Assembly: GCA_963667175.2 (NCBI GenBank)
Contig: CAXXXF010000003.1
Span: 96,001-160,000, forward strand
Source: Candidatus Latescibacterota bacterium
GTDB taxonomy: Bacteria > Latescibacterota > UBA2968 > GCA-2709665
Direction: 5' to 3'
DNA length: 64,000 nucleotides
Shown: piece after piece, positions 28,054 to 38,727 of the stretch
Layout of the letters: every line of letters begins with the position of its first letter
Position numbering within the stretch: the stretch's first letter is position 1
Notes under the pieces: generated by a model
Seen by the model: the letters and a program-made list of their open reading frames with translations, nothing else
Databases searched by the model: none
Told to the model about the DNA's origin: nothing
Translations under genes and position numbers: made by a program

Positions 28054-30396
28054 ATGAAGGAACACAGACATCCGCATCCGCACAAAGACCCCCGGCAGCC
28101 CGGAGACGGCGCCAGGCCCGGTACGAATCCGCCGGTTTTTGCGTGGCTTCCCGTGGACGCGGCGTCGGGCTATCGCTTGCAGGTCGCCCGGGATTCGGAC
28201 TTTGCAAACGTCTGCCTGGACAGAGGCAATTTACAGGAACCCATGTATCTTCCTGAAACGGCATTCGAGCCCGGGAGGTATTACTGGCGGTGGTCCGCGG
28301 GGCCCGCGGCGACCTCGGAGGTCTTCGCGTTTGAGATCGCGCCGGGGGCCGTTGTGGTGGAGGCGCCTCCGGCAAGCGATTGGCTGAAACAATTCCCGGC
28401 GGAACACCCGCGGATCTATGTGCGGCCCGAGGAAGTGCCGACGCTCAGGGCAGCGGCTGCCGGCGATGCGGCTCGGGAATGGGCGGGTCTGCGCGAGAGC
28501 GCCGAGGCGGTGTTGGCCGAACCGCACGAGATCGAAGAGCCGCCCTTTCTCCCTGACCGTAGCGAAAACTATCAGAAATATCACGAGACCTGGGCGCCGG
28601 TGATGTGGGAATCCAGGCGTTTCGTCAAAGGCGCCGAGACCCTGGCGCTGGCCTATCTGGTCAGTGGCGAGGACGCCTTTGCCCGCGCCGCGTGCGGGAG
28701 GATGGCGTCCATTTCCCGCTGGGACCCGGAGGGGTCCAGCCATCTCCCCCACAACGACGAAGCCCACATGTCGGTGATCTGGAACGGCTCGAATGCCTGC
28801 GACTGGGTATGGGACCGGTTTACGGAACAGGAACGCGAGGCCGTCGTGGCGCAATTCCGGCGGCGCGGGCAGATCACGTTCGACCATATGCACAACAGGG
28901 GGTCCTACGGGGTGACGCGCTTCGACTCGCACGCGGGTCGCGAGATCGTGTTTCTGGCCCACGTCGCCCTCGTGTTTCACGAGCATATTCCCGAAGCGCA
29001 GACGTGGCTGGAGTGGCTCAGGCCGGTGCTGTGCGGCATCTGGCCGATCTGGGCGGGCGACGACGGGGCGTGGGCGGAAGGTCCCTCCTACGGACTGGCC
29101 TACGTGACGATCATGACCATGTTCGCCACCGCGCTGAAGCGCGGAGTCGGGGTGGATCTCTACAGGAAACCGTTCTGGAAAAACCACGCCCGGTGGCGCC
29201 AGTACTGTCTGCCGCCCTACGCGGAGTGGATGGGGTTCGGCGACCATACCGAGCGGTGGGCCGGCTCGTGGCGGTCGAACGCGGACCTGGTGGACCTGAT
29301 CGGACGCGAGACGGGCACGGGCGAGTTCACGGAATACGTGAAGGCGTTCCGGGCGGAGGCGGAGGAGATGCAGACGCCGGCGGAACGGCGAAGTTCGGGC
29401 GTCATGTCGCAGCTCTATCTGGCCGGTCCCGAAGCGCCGCGGCCGCCGTCGGACGCGGACCGAACGATCCTGCGTGTGTTTCCGGCCGCGGGCTGGGCCG
29501 CGGTCCGGACGCATCTGAACGATCCCGCGCAGGATATCGCGATGATCTTCCGGTCTTCCCCGCTGGGCGCCATCAGCCATTCCCACGCGAACAACAACGA
29601 CTTCATCCTGCACGCGGGCGGCAAGGTGATGGCGATGCCCAGCGGGTATTACATCGGGTACGGTTCGGACCATCACACGCACTGGGTATGGCACACCAAA
29701 TCTCACAACTGCGTGACCCTCTCGGACGCGTCGCAGATCATGCGGTCCCACGATTCACTGGGAAGCATCGAGAACGCCTTCGAGGACGAACGGCTCGTCT
29801 ACTTTGCGGGCATCGCGGACGCCAGCTACAGCGACCGCGCAAAACGCTGCCGGCGGCACGTGTTTTTCCTGAAGACGCAGAGCTGTTTTGTGATGATCGA
29901 CGAGTTCGTCGCGGTACCGGGCATCGATTCGGCGCTCCAGTGGAATATCCACTCCTGGAACCGTTTCTCGGTGGATGAGGAGGCGAGGACGTTCCTGCTG
30001 GCGCGTGACGGGAGTTTCCTCGAAGGGCATTTCATGTACCACAACAACGCGTTCTTCTCTCTGAGCGAGGGATGGGACCCGCCGCCGATGCGGACCGGCA
30101 AGGATGAATCGCAGTGGGGCCAGCAGTACCACCTTCGCTTCACGCCCTCCGGCCTGGTAAACCGCCGCAACCTGGGGGTCGTGTTGTGCCCGGGGCACGG
30201 ATCGCTTGACAGGGCGGAAGTACAGACCGAGCGATCGGGTGAAACAGAAGCGGCCCGGATCGGCGACGACCTGGCGCTGGTGGGCGGTCGGGACGGCGTT
30301 TCCTACGGCGAGCATCGCTCGTCCGGTCTGGCGCTGATGGTCGTCCAGGGTCACACGTATGAACTTGGAGACGGCGGCGTGGCGGCAGGACGGTAG
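28054..30396 (+). CDS. DUF4962 + heparinase II/III protein, PL15-like oligosaccharide lyase
   Basis: NPPVFAW, HPRIY, FDSHAGR, WAEGPSY, SHSHANNNDF and TKSHNCVT resemble PL15 exo-lyases; no signal peptide. Confidence 0.8.
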   Translation: MKEHRHPHPHKDPRQPGDGARPGTNPPVFAWLPVDAASGYRLQVARDSDFANVCLDRGNLQEPMYLPETAFEPGRYYWRWSAGPAATSEVFAFEIAPGAVVVEAPPASDWLKQFPAEHPRIYVRPEEVPTLRAAAAGDAAREWAGLRESAEAVLAEPHEIEEPPFLPDRSENYQKYHETWAPVMWESRRFVKGAETLALAYLVSGEDAFARAACGRMASISRWDPEGSSHLPHNDEAHMSVIWNGSNACDWVWDRFTEQEREAVVAQFRRRGQITFDHMHNRGSYGVTRFDSHAGREIVFLAHVALVFHEHIPEAQTWLEWLRPVLCGIWPIWAGDDGAWAEGPSYGLAYVTIMTMFATALKRGVGVDLYRKPFWKNHARWRQYCLPPYAEWMGFGDHTERWAGSWRSNADLVDLIGRETGTGEFTEYVKAFRAEAEEMQTPAERRSSGVMSQLYLAGPEAPRPPSDADRTILRVFPAAGWAAVRTHLNDPAQDIAMIFRSSPLGAISHSHANNNDFILHAGGKVMAMPSGYYIGYGSDHHTHWVWHTKSHNCVTLSDASQIMRSHDSLGSIENAFEDERLVYFAGIADASYSDRAKRCRRHVFFLKTQSCFVMIDEFVAVPGIDSALQWNIHSWNRFSVDEEARTFLLARDGSFLEGHFMYHNNAFFSLSEGWDPPPMRTGKDESQWGQQYHLRFTPSGLVNRRNLGVVLCPGHGSLDRAEVQTERSGETEAARIGDDLALVGGRDGVSYGEHRSSGLALMVVQGHTYELGDGGVAAGR

Positions 30397-30445
30397 ATGC
30401 AGGAAATCGTCAGGCGACGCTTGACACAAATGCAATCAAATCCGT

Positions 30446-30632
30446 TTAACAGTCCGTTGAAAAAGTCGCTCTGCAGGCGAGGCCGAGTCATTGTGGCCGA
30501 AGACAAGGCGCGCGACCGACGTGAATCCCTGGATTCGGGGAGGGAGCGCCTGCCTGCTGCAGGCAGGCAACGCCGTATTTCGGTCACAAGGGCCGGACGT
30601 AGCCCGGATGGTCTTTTTCAACGGGCTGTTAA
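30446..30632. mobile_element. 187-bp MITE with 20-bp terminal inverted repeats
   Basis: TTAACAGTCCGTTGAAAAAG ... CTTTTTCAACGGGCTGTTAA (19/20 match); non-coding; right end recurs at 39817-39857. Confidence 0.75.
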
Positions 30633-30656
30633 GGTTGTTGTATCGAGGAGAGTCCC

Positions 30657-33600
30657 GTGAAGAACGGATCGGTGGGCCTGAAGGTGGACGTGCTGAAAGA
30701 CATGCGCCTGGAGACGGCGCTGGTTGTCAACGGCGAGCCGCAGGCGACCATTGTCATCGGCGGGGATGGGGCGCACGCGCGGCATGCAGACAGAATCGTC
30801 GAGCGGGTGGCGGCGGCGACCGGCGCGCGCCTGAAGGTGGTCACGGCGTTGGACGCGGAGGCCGGGATGCTGCGGGAGGGGCACGTGGTGGCGCTGGGAA
30901 ATATGGCCGACAATGCCTTTATCCGGTGGCTGTATTACCAGTGGTGGGCGGTGGAAGACCGTTGCTATCCGGGACAGGGCGGTTACGCGTTGCGGACGCT
31001 GCACAATCCACTGGGCAACGGGAACAACGTGGCGCTGTTGGGGGCCAGCGACGAGACCGGACTGGAGCGCGTGGTGTCGCGTTTTGCGACCCTTGTGTCC
31101 GACGAGAAGACCGGCCGCCTGGGGCGGTTGATGGAGGTCCGGCCCGGTCCCGAATTCCACGCATTCGGCCGTCCGCCGGAGGGATGGCTGCAGGAGCGGC
31201 AGGAGGACTTCACCGCGCGGGCCACCGCGCCGCACGCCTCCGAATCGGGCGCGGGCTTCCAGTTCATTTCCGAGGCGGGCGCGTACGGTCTGATGTATCA
31301 CCGGACCGGATACGAGGCGTACGCGGCGGCCGTTCGGGAAATCGCGGAAGCGCATCTGAAGATGGGCGAGCACGGGGTGATGGCGCACTTTCACGTCTGG
31401 TGGCTGGCCGCGGTGTGGGACCTGATCGAGGAGAGCCCCGTGTTTTCCGACGAGGACCGGTTGAAGATCACGCAATACCTGCTGTGGATCATGGATTCCA
31501 CCGAGGGGGCGTACACCCGGTTTTTCCGCGAGGGCGTGGGGCACCGGATGGTCCGGCAGAACCACCAGACGCTGGTGGCGCTGGCGGCGTGGTTCGGCGG
31601 GCGGTATTTCTCGACGCACTACGGCTTCGAGGAGGCGAAGGAGTGGATGAGCGCGTCCGCGGAGGTGTTCAGGGGGCAGGCCGTGTCGTTCAAACCGATC
31701 GAGGATGCCAACGCCTACCAGTGGATGACGCTGGACCACATATTAACCTATACGCTGGCGAGCGGGGATACCACGTATATCGACAACGGGAACTGCAGGC
31801 GGTCTCTGGACCAGGCGGTGCTTTACTGCGACAACCGGGGCGGCCTTCCCGCGTTTGGTGATACGGGGGCGCCGATGGAAGGATACCCGACGAATTTCCT
31901 GGTCAAGGCGGGGCATGTGCTTCAGGACGGGCGCGCGGCGTTTCTGCTGGGCAAACGGTTCGACGGACCGTCCGACTATTTTCGGCCCCAGCCGCCGGGA
32001 ACCCGGTACGAGTCCGTGAGCGATCCGTTGCTGGTGAGGAGTTTCGAAAAATACTACGACGACGGACTGAAGCCGGCGGCGCCCGCAGGGATGGCCGGCG
32101 TACAGGTGCTGGAGGTCGCGGGCGGGTTCTACGATTTCGCGGAAGACCCGAAGGCGAGGGCGCGCGAAGTGAAGCCGCTGAATCTGCGAAGGGAAGAGGC
32201 GTTCGACACGGTCTGTTTCCGGGAGGGGTTCGACCGGGAGGACCAGTACCTGATGCTGCACGGGATCTTCTACGGCAACCACAGCCACGAAGACGGGAAT
32301 ACCATAGCAGAGTTTTCCGCAAACGACCGGGTTTTCCTGGTGGATGCGTCGTATACGGAGGGACCGTCGCTCAAGCACCACAATGGCGTGACGGCGGTGC
32401 GCAACGGCGAGGCGTGGGACGTGCCCGCGCTGTGCCGCCTGGAGGGCGCGGCGGACCTGGTCCGCGTGGGCATGAGTCGGACGTCCGTGGAAGGAGACTG
32501 GGGCGCAACGTGGGTCCGGAACGTCGTGTGGCGCAGGGGGCGCTGTTTTCTGGTGATGGACGAGGTGGAAGCGACACAGGCCGGCGCGTTCGCGCTGCAG
32601 TGCCACTGGCGAACGCTGGGGACGCCCGCCCTGAAGGACGGTGCGCTGGAGGCGGTGCAGCGAGACCCGGAGACCGGCCGCGAAGACCGGTTTGTGCTGC
32701 AGAGCGCGGGCGAAGGCCGGACGTCGCTGGAACGGGACTGGGAGAATTTCGGCCACTGGTGGGATTCATATCCCTATGCGGATGACTACGTGAATATCCT
32801 GCGTGAGTCGGCCAACAGAGAGATGGCAGTGGGAGACCGGCACACGTTTATCAATCTGTTCTATGCCTCCAACCCGGAGAAGCCCGTGGACGACCGGATG
32901 CGCCGCGTGGGAGAATCGGCCGTCCTGGTCGAAGGGTCGGACGGCCGGATCGTGGCCGGGACCGGGGGCGGATCCGGGGTGTTTGACGTCGGGCCTTTTT
33001 CCGGCCGCGCCGAAATCTTCGCGGCTGGCGACGGGTGGTTTGCGCTGTGCAACGGGACGTCGCTGTGTTCGGAAGACGCCGTGTTTGAAAGCGAACACCC
33101 CGTTTCGATCGAATTCGATCCGGACGCGGGCGAAGGCGTGGTTGTCGCGCCGAGGCCCTCAGAGATCGCGCTGAATGGAGAGCGGCTACACGTTGCGGCC
33201 GGGAGGCATGAGGTGAAGACGCGGAAGCCCGGGGCAGGTGTGTTTTCGATGGGCGGGATTGCGGACCTCCCGGCGCACCGGGCGAACGTTCAGGCGCCCG
33301 CGGGGCCCGCGTCTGTTCCGGGGCTTCGCAGGGTCCGGACGTACGACGCCGGTTCGGCCGTGCGCTGCGCTGCCGCGGGCGCGGACGGGTTGGTCCTGGG
33401 GACGGAGGACGGACGTGTCCTGGCGCTGGACGGAAACGGGAAGCCGACCTGGTCCTTCCGGGCGGACGGGCCCGTGCTTTCCGTATGTCCGGTGGACCTG
33501 GACGGCCGGCGCTGCGTGATCGCGGGCGCCGACGACCGGCGCCTCTATCTGCTGGAGGAAGGCGGGGACATTCGGTGGTCGCGGGAATTCGAGATTTACA

Positions 33601-34394
33601 GGGGGACGTGGGATCGGTACGCCCGGAACTCCGCGGTGGAGTACGTAACGGCGGCGGACCTGCGTGGAGACGGGCAGACCGATATCCTGGCGGCGGTCGC
33701 GGACCGGAAGCTGCATTGTCTTGACGCCAGTGGCGAAGAGCGCTGGAGTTATATGATATACGGGATTTTCGCGCCGCTACGCGTAGCGGATATCACCGGA
33801 GACGGCAGGAGGGAGGTGATCGGCGGTCCGGGCCGGATCACCTGCGGCGGGACCTGCTACGTGCTGGACGCGGACGGCGCCCACCATGCGAGCAACGGGC
33901 TGGACGGCTGGGCGTCCATGATGCCCGCGTGCGACGTGTGGGCGCCGGGGGAAGACCACCTCATCGTGTGCGGGACGAACCGGTCGAACGTGTACGGGTT
34001 GAAGCTGGTGGGCAATCGACTGCAGACGCTCTGGACGCGGCGCGTGGGAGAGGAAGTCAACGCGGTCTGCGCGGTTGACGTGGACGGGGACGACAGGCCG
34101 GAGGCCGTGGTCGGCTCGGACTGTTTTTACCTCTATCTGCTGGATGAGCACGGCACGGAGCGCTGGCGGCGAAACCTGGGAGCGCCCGTGCAACAGGTGA
34201 TGGTCGCTGACCTGGACGGAGACGCGAGAATTGTCGCCGGGTGCGACGACGGGACCGTTTGGGTCCTGGACGGGGAGGGCGCGCCGGTTGCAAGCCATTC
34301 AGCGAATGGGGCGATTCACGTCCTGGCGGCGGATGGGCGGGGTCATCTGATGGTCGGTGGTTCCGATGGGACGCTTTCGGTGCTGGGGATGTGA
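30657..34394 (+). CDS. Large heparinase II/III-like protein with C-terminal PQQ/FG-GAP beta-propeller (paralog A)
   Basis: RQNHQT, EDANAYQW, NHSHEDGN and HHNGV lyase-like motifs; C-terminal ADLRGDG / ADITGDG / DVDGDD repeats. Confidence 0.72.
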   Translation: MKNGSVGLKVDVLKDMRLETALVVNGEPQATIVIGGDGAHARHADRIVERVAAATGARLKVVTALDAEAGMLREGHVVALGNMADNAFIRWLYYQWWAVEDRCYPGQGGYALRTLHNPLGNGNNVALLGASDETGLERVVSRFATLVSDEKTGRLGRLMEVRPGPEFHAFGRPPEGWLQERQEDFTARATAPHASESGAGFQFISEAGAYGLMYHRTGYEAYAAAVREIAEAHLKMGEHGVMAHFHVWWLAAVWDLIEESPVFSDEDRLKITQYLLWIMDSTEGAYTRFFREGVGHRMVRQNHQTLVALAAWFGGRYFSTHYGFEEAKEWMSASAEVFRGQAVSFKPIEDANAYQWMTLDHILTYTLASGDTTYIDNGNCRRSLDQAVLYCDNRGGLPAFGDTGAPMEGYPTNFLVKAGHVLQDGRAAFLLGKRFDGPSDYFRPQPPGTRYESVSDPLLVRSFEKYYDDGLKPAAPAGMAGVQVLEVAGGFYDFAEDPKARAREVKPLNLRREEAFDTVCFREGFDREDQYLMLHGIFYGNHSHEDGNTIAEFSANDRVFLVDASYTEGPSLKHHNGVTAVRNGEAWDVPALCRLEGAADLVRVGMSRTSVEGDWGATWVRNVVWRRGRCFLVMDEVEATQAGAFALQCHWRTLGTPALKDGALEAVQRDPETGREDRFVLQSAGEGRTSLERDWENFGHWWDSYPYADDYVNILRESANREMAVGDRHTFINLFYASNPEKPVDDRMRRVGESAVLVEGSDGRIVAGTGGGSGVFDVGPFSGRAEIFAAGDGWFALCNGTSLCSEDAVFESEHPVSIEFDPDAGEGVVVAPRPSEIALNGERLHVAAGRHEVKTRKPGAGVFSMGGIADLPAHRANVQAPAGPASVPGLRRVRTYDAGSAVRCAAAGADGLVLGTEDGRVLALDGNGKPTWSFRADGPVLSVCPVDLDGRRCVIAGADDRRLYLLEEGGDIRWSREFEIYRGTWDRYARNSAVEYVTAADLRGDGQTDILAAVADRKLHCLDASGEERWSYMIYGIFAPLRVADITGDGRREVIGGPGRITCGGTCYVLDADGAHHASNGLDGWASMMPACDVWAPGEDHLIVCGTNRSNVYGLKLVGNRLQTLWTRRVGEEVNAVCAVDVDGDDRPEAVVGSDCFYLYLLDEHGTERWRRNLGAPVQQVMVADLDGDARIVAGCDDGTVWVLDGEGAPVASHSANGAIHVLAADGRGHLMVGGSDGTLSVLGM

Positions 34395-34494
34395 GGAAGA
34401 TTAGATTTTCGCGTTCTCCACGAAGTTATCGCGGTCAGTGGCAGGAAATAGGACACAGTTGGCTCCGAAGTCGGAGTCCGACGAGGGAGCCGGA

Positions 34495-37236
34495 ATGATG
34501 CAGCGATTTTTCTGTTTCGTCCTCCTCTTTGTTTACCCGATGGAAAGCTCCGCCACGACCCTGCCGGACGATCCGTCGAAGAGCGATCTGATTCGGGAAG
34601 AACTGCTCTTTTCGGCGTCCGGCGAAGCGCTCAAGAGCATTGCTTCCGGCCGGTTCGATCTCCTTCGGCGAGACGATGGGACGGTGGTCCGTACGCTTGG
34701 CACGGATTTCGCCTTGACGCTGGACCCGGATCTGATGCCGGGCATCTACCGGCTGAGCGTTCGCTGTCTGGCCCCGTCGACCTCAACCGATTCGTTCTGG
34801 CTGGAGATAAACGGAGAACGGCAGCCGCAAGCGATCGTGTTGCCCAAGAATGTGTATGGGGACGTCCATCGGGGTTTCAGACTGGACGCGCCGGGACGAA
34901 CGGACGTCCGCCTCGTGCTGCGGGAACGGCCCGGCGCAGTTGTGGCGCGCCTGAAGCTGACGCATCTCACGGTGCGGTACGATGCCGCGTCGGTCATCCG
35001 TCCCGATTTGACCGGGGAGCGCCCGCGACTCTTCCTGACGCGGTGGGACGTCGAGCGTCTGCGAGACGCACAGCGTAGCGCGGCCGGACAGCGGCTCTAC
35101 CGCCGGCAGGGCATGTTGCGAGGCACGCCGCCTCCCCGAACGGGGCCGCCGAAGCGCACGGGGTGGGCATGGCGCATGGAGAATCAGGCGATCCCGTGCC
35201 TGCTCGCCAACGCCTCCGATGCGAACGCGCGTTTCGAGGCCATCCGGCGTCATATCCTCACGATCTGCACGTATGACAAATGGCTTCCGGACGGCTGGTC
35301 GCACAGCACGCCGGATCTGGACCTGGACGCGGCCTATATGATCCACGGGACCGCGATCGCCTACGACTGGCTCTACAACTGGTTCACGGAGGAGGAACGG
35401 CGGACCATCAGGGAGAAGCTGGCGTACCAGGCGCGGCTTATGTTCGAGGCCTCCTTTATGGAGCGGATGTACTGGGCGCGCACGGTTCAGCAGAACCACT
35501 ACTGGTTCGACAACTACGCCATCGGCGTGGCCGGCGCCGCGCTGTACGGCGAGGTCCCCGAGGCCGAGGTGTGGATGGCCTGGAGCTGGGACCGTCTGCA
35601 GGGCACGTTGAAGACCTTCGGAGAAGACGGGGGGTTCCACGAGGGCCCTGCCTACTGGAGCTTCTCCATGGGGTCTCTCTTTCGATGGATCGACCTGTTC
35701 GAGCACACAACGGGACAGACCATCGCCCACGCGGACACGTGGCTGAGGAAGACCGGCTATTTCCCCATCCATTACGTCTACCCCGACCTGCGTTCCGGCG
35801 CGGCGATTGAAGATACGTTTCGGCCCGGGGTCGTGCCCGCGCTCGAGACGCTGCTCTGGCTGGCCGCGCGGAACCATGACGCGACGCTGTTCAGAATTGC
35901 CGAGTTGATCCATGAGGGAAAGCGGAGTACCCACTGGTGGACGCTGAAAGCAATCGCCGACGGTACGGATACGGCGACGGGTACGCTGGACGAACTGATG
36001 CCGAGGCTTGCCTACTACCCGGACGTGGAGATGTACTTCGCACGGACGTCGTGGCGGACGGATGCCACGATGTTCGCGCTTGAGGCGAGGCCCCTCGGAG
36101 GGCATACGCTGGCTCGGCTGAACGAGGTGTATCCCTGGATCCGCGGCGTGGGTCACAATCATCCCGCACAGAACAGCTTCGTGCTCTACGGCAGTGGGAA
36201 GGAACTGGTGATCGATCCCGGCTATACGCTGAAGAAGGAAACGGCGAACCACAACACGGTGCTGGTGGACGGGCGGGGGCAGTACGGCGACGGCGAGCGG
36301 TGGCCGCGCTGGTATCCGGGATGGTCCCACGTCGGGTACGCCTCAACGAAGTTTCCATACGTACGTGGGGAGGCCGCATCGGCGTACCCGCCCGAGTTGG
36401 GTCTGAAGCGGTTCACGCGACAGATGCTGATGACGGACGGCAAACGTATATTGATTGCAGACCATCTGGAGGCTGACCGACCGCGGCGTTTTGCGTGGCT
36501 GCTGCATTTCGACGAAGACGCGGAGGTGGCGTCGGCGGGCGAGGGGCGGTTCGCGGCGTCTTACGGAGGCGCTTCGCTGCAGATCGATATGCTGACTCCG
36601 GACGGCATGGCATCGCAAATCGACCGTTACGAGCCGACGTGGAACAATATCGCACGGCCCGACTATCACCCCCGGGTCGGCCGGCTGCAGTTGACCACCG
36701 GTCCGGTCAGCGCCACGCCGATTGTCGCCGCGTTGGGCTTGAAGCCCGGGGCGGCGCGTCCGAAACTGGAAATCACCCCCGGCGTCCTGCTGGTCACGTT
36801 TTCGGACAGTACCCGCGTTGGCTTCAATCGAACGGGTGACGTGGTCGCGGTGGACGGGCTCGAGACAGACGGGCGCGCGGTGGTGATCACGCCTGAAGGG
36901 ACCGGCGGACACAGGGCCAGGGTGATGGACATGCTCCGGTATCGGGACGGGTCCGGCCGGTTGCGGGACTTCCCCGACGGCGAGGGGGAATTCACGCTGA
37001 CGAACGGCGTCTGGCTGCCGACCTTTCCGGAAGCGCCCGTCGCGGTCACGGCGGACTTCGACGGGAACGGCACCGTGGGCTTCAGCGATTTCCTTGCGTT
37101 CGCGCCCGCGTACGGCGCCCGCGCCGGTCAGAAGGACTGGGACGACAGGTTCGACCTGAACGGCGACGGCGAGGTCGGGTTCGCAGATTTTCTCATCCTT
37201 GCGGTTCAATTCGGTAGGCGCAATACCGGGAAATGA
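34495..37236 (+). CDS. Secreted heparinase II/III-like lyase with C-terminal paired EF-hand/dockerin-like module
   Basis: Signal peptide; QQNHYW, FHEGPAYW, GHNHPAQNSF and NHNTVLVDG; ADFDGNGTVGFSDF...FDLNGDGEVGFADF. Confidence 0.82.
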   Translation: MMQRFFCFVLLFVYPMESSATTLPDDPSKSDLIREELLFSASGEALKSIASGRFDLLRRDDGTVVRTLGTDFALTLDPDLMPGIYRLSVRCLAPSTSTDSFWLEINGERQPQAIVLPKNVYGDVHRGFRLDAPGRTDVRLVLRERPGAVVARLKLTHLTVRYDAASVIRPDLTGERPRLFLTRWDVERLRDAQRSAAGQRLYRRQGMLRGTPPPRTGPPKRTGWAWRMENQAIPCLLANASDANARFEAIRRHILTICTYDKWLPDGWSHSTPDLDLDAAYMIHGTAIAYDWLYNWFTEEERRTIREKLAYQARLMFEASFMERMYWARTVQQNHYWFDNYAIGVAGAALYGEVPEAEVWMAWSWDRLQGTLKTFGEDGGFHEGPAYWSFSMGSLFRWIDLFEHTTGQTIAHADTWLRKTGYFPIHYVYPDLRSGAAIEDTFRPGVVPALETLLWLAARNHDATLFRIAELIHEGKRSTHWWTLKAIADGTDTATGTLDELMPRLAYYPDVEMYFARTSWRTDATMFALEARPLGGHTLARLNEVYPWIRGVGHNHPAQNSFVLYGSGKELVIDPGYTLKKETANHNTVLVDGRGQYGDGERWPRWYPGWSHVGYASTKFPYVRGEAASAYPPELGLKRFTRQMLMTDGKRILIADHLEADRPRRFAWLLHFDEDAEVASAGEGRFAASYGGASLQIDMLTPDGMASQIDRYEPTWNNIARPDYHPRVGRLQLTTGPVSATPIVAALGLKPGAARPKLEITPGVLLVTFSDSTRVGFNRTGDVVAVDGLETDGRAVVITPEGTGGHRARVMDMLRYRDGSGRLRDFPDGEGEFTLTNGVWLPTFPEAPVAVTADFDGNGTVGFSDFLAFAPAYGARAGQKDWDDRFDLNGDGEVGFADFLILAVQFGRRNTGK

Positions 37237-37344
37237 CTTTGGAACCTGAGGTCCCGCGCCCACTGGGGCCCCGAGTCGGACTACCGGCAACTATTCCTGG
37301 GGATTTACTCCCCGTTCTTTATTGGCTGCAGGAGGTGAAAACAC

Positions 37345-38379
37345 TTGACCGAACTCGTGATATACGTCAGCGCCGTGATCGTGGTCTCCGCGATGTGCTC
37401 TCTCTTCGAGGCCGTTCTCTACGCCGTTCCGGTCAGTTACGTCGAAAGCCTCGCGCAGAAGGGCGCCGTTTCCGGCCGCATCCTGAAAGACCTGCGGATG
37501 CGCAGCGTCGATCGTCCGATCTCCGCCATCCTTTCACTGAATACGATCGCGAATACAGGCGGCGCCTTTCTGGCAGGCGCGGCGTTCATCATGGTCTTCG
37601 GCGTGGAATGGGAGCTTTATTTCACCATCTTTATCACACTATCGGTACTGTTACTCTCCGAAGTCATCCCCAAGACGGTCGGCGTGGTTTACAACCGGTC
37701 ACTGGCCGCCTTGGTCGCGATCCCGCTCCAATTCCTGGTCTGGGTCCTGTATCCCCTGGTGGTGATCTGCAGACTGGTCACCCGCGTGTTTTCAAGGTCC
37801 GGCACGGACCATGAAGTCTCGGAGGAAGAGATCGCCGTTATGGCGCGCATGGGCAGGCAGACCGGCGCGATTCAACCCGATGAGGCCAGGGTGATGCAGA
37901 ATATCCTCACCCTCAAACGCAAGACGGTGAGGGACGTGATGACCCCGCGTACGGTCGTATTCGCTTTGAGCGCCGATCTGACCGTGGAGCAGGCCCTGAA
38001 GGAAGCGGGCGTGTGGCCGTACAGCCGGGTTCCGGTCTATGAGAATGACTTTGAGGACGTAATCGGCGTCGTGATGCGCCGCGATGCGTTCAGCGCCTTG
38101 ACGGAAGGGCGGGGGCAGACGACCGTTTCGGAACTGATGCGTCCGGTTCATTTCGTTGCGGAGACCGTGTCACTGGACCGCGTCCTGGAGATGTTCCTGG
38201 AACGGCGCCTGCACCTGTTCGCGGTCATCGACGAATACGGCGGGCTGGCGGGGATCCTGACGCTGGAAGACGTGCTGGAAGAGATCCTGGGCAGGGAAAT
38301 CGTGGACGAGTCCGATACGGTCACGGATATGCGGGAACTGGCGCGCCGCCGACGCCGGCAGGTCTCGGAGGGGGAGTAG
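37345..38379 (+). CDS. CNNM/CorC-HlyC (DUF21 + CBS pair) membrane protein
   Basis: SLFEAVL, ILSLNTIAN, SEVIPKT, DVMTPR, YSRVPV and VIDEYGG..GILTLEDVLEEILG; RBS AGGAGGTG before TTG. Confidence 0.93.
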   Translation: MTELVIYVSAVIVVSAMCSLFEAVLYAVPVSYVESLAQKGAVSGRILKDLRMRSVDRPISAILSLNTIANTGGAFLAGAAFIMVFGVEWELYFTIFITLSVLLLSEVIPKTVGVVYNRSLAALVAIPLQFLVWVLYPLVVICRLVTRVFSRSGTDHEVSEEEIAVMARMGRQTGAIQPDEARVMQNILTLKRKTVRDVMTPRTVVFALSADLTVEQALKEAGVWPYSRVPVYENDFEDVIGVVMRRDAFSALTEGRGQTTVSELMRPVHFVAETVSLDRVLEMFLERRLHLFAVIDEYGGLAGILTLEDVLEEILGREIVDESDTVTDMRELARRRRRQVSEGE

Positions 38380-38455
38380 GGGAAATTTCGGCTACATACG
38401 CCACGTCAAATCACTCTTGCAAACGAACTCAAAAAATCATAAATCCTAATTGGAA

Positions 38456-38521
38456 ACACTGTCCGAGACCCCCAAATCACCGGATCACACTGGCGACTTT
38501 ACAGTGGGTCATTGACAGTGT
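38456..38521. repeat. Short element with imperfect terminal inverted repeats
   Basis: ACACTGTCCGAGACCC ... GGGTCATTGACAGTGT (13/16 match). Confidence 0.4.
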
Positions 38522-38556
38522 CGTGAGCAGTCGGTCACGCACGTAGAAGATTGACC

Positions 38557-38727
38557 ATGCCGGTTCCCGATGATCCTTATATTTATCACATTGTCCACGT
38601 AGACCGTCTACCCTCGCTCATCGCGGACAACGGTCTTTTATGTGACGCGGCAATTGCGAAGCGTCCACCGGGCGGCACTGTGATTGGCATGAACAAGATC
38701 AAGGAACGGCGATTGAGGAAAACAGGC
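38557..38727 (+). pseudogene. darT: DarT (DUF4433) DNA ADP-ribosyltransferase toxin, N-terminal remnant only, in frame with darG
   Basis: MPVPDDPYIYHIVHVDRLPSLIADNGLLCD...GTVIGMNKIKERRL matches the DarT N-terminus; the catalytic C-terminal part is absent. Confidence 0.8.

Noticed and set aside
37237-37344. Metal-sensing riboswitch upstream of the CNNM gene
   Set aside because: Only a short GGGGA...TCCCC hairpin; no M-box, yybP-ykoY or NiCo consensus recognisable on the sense strand
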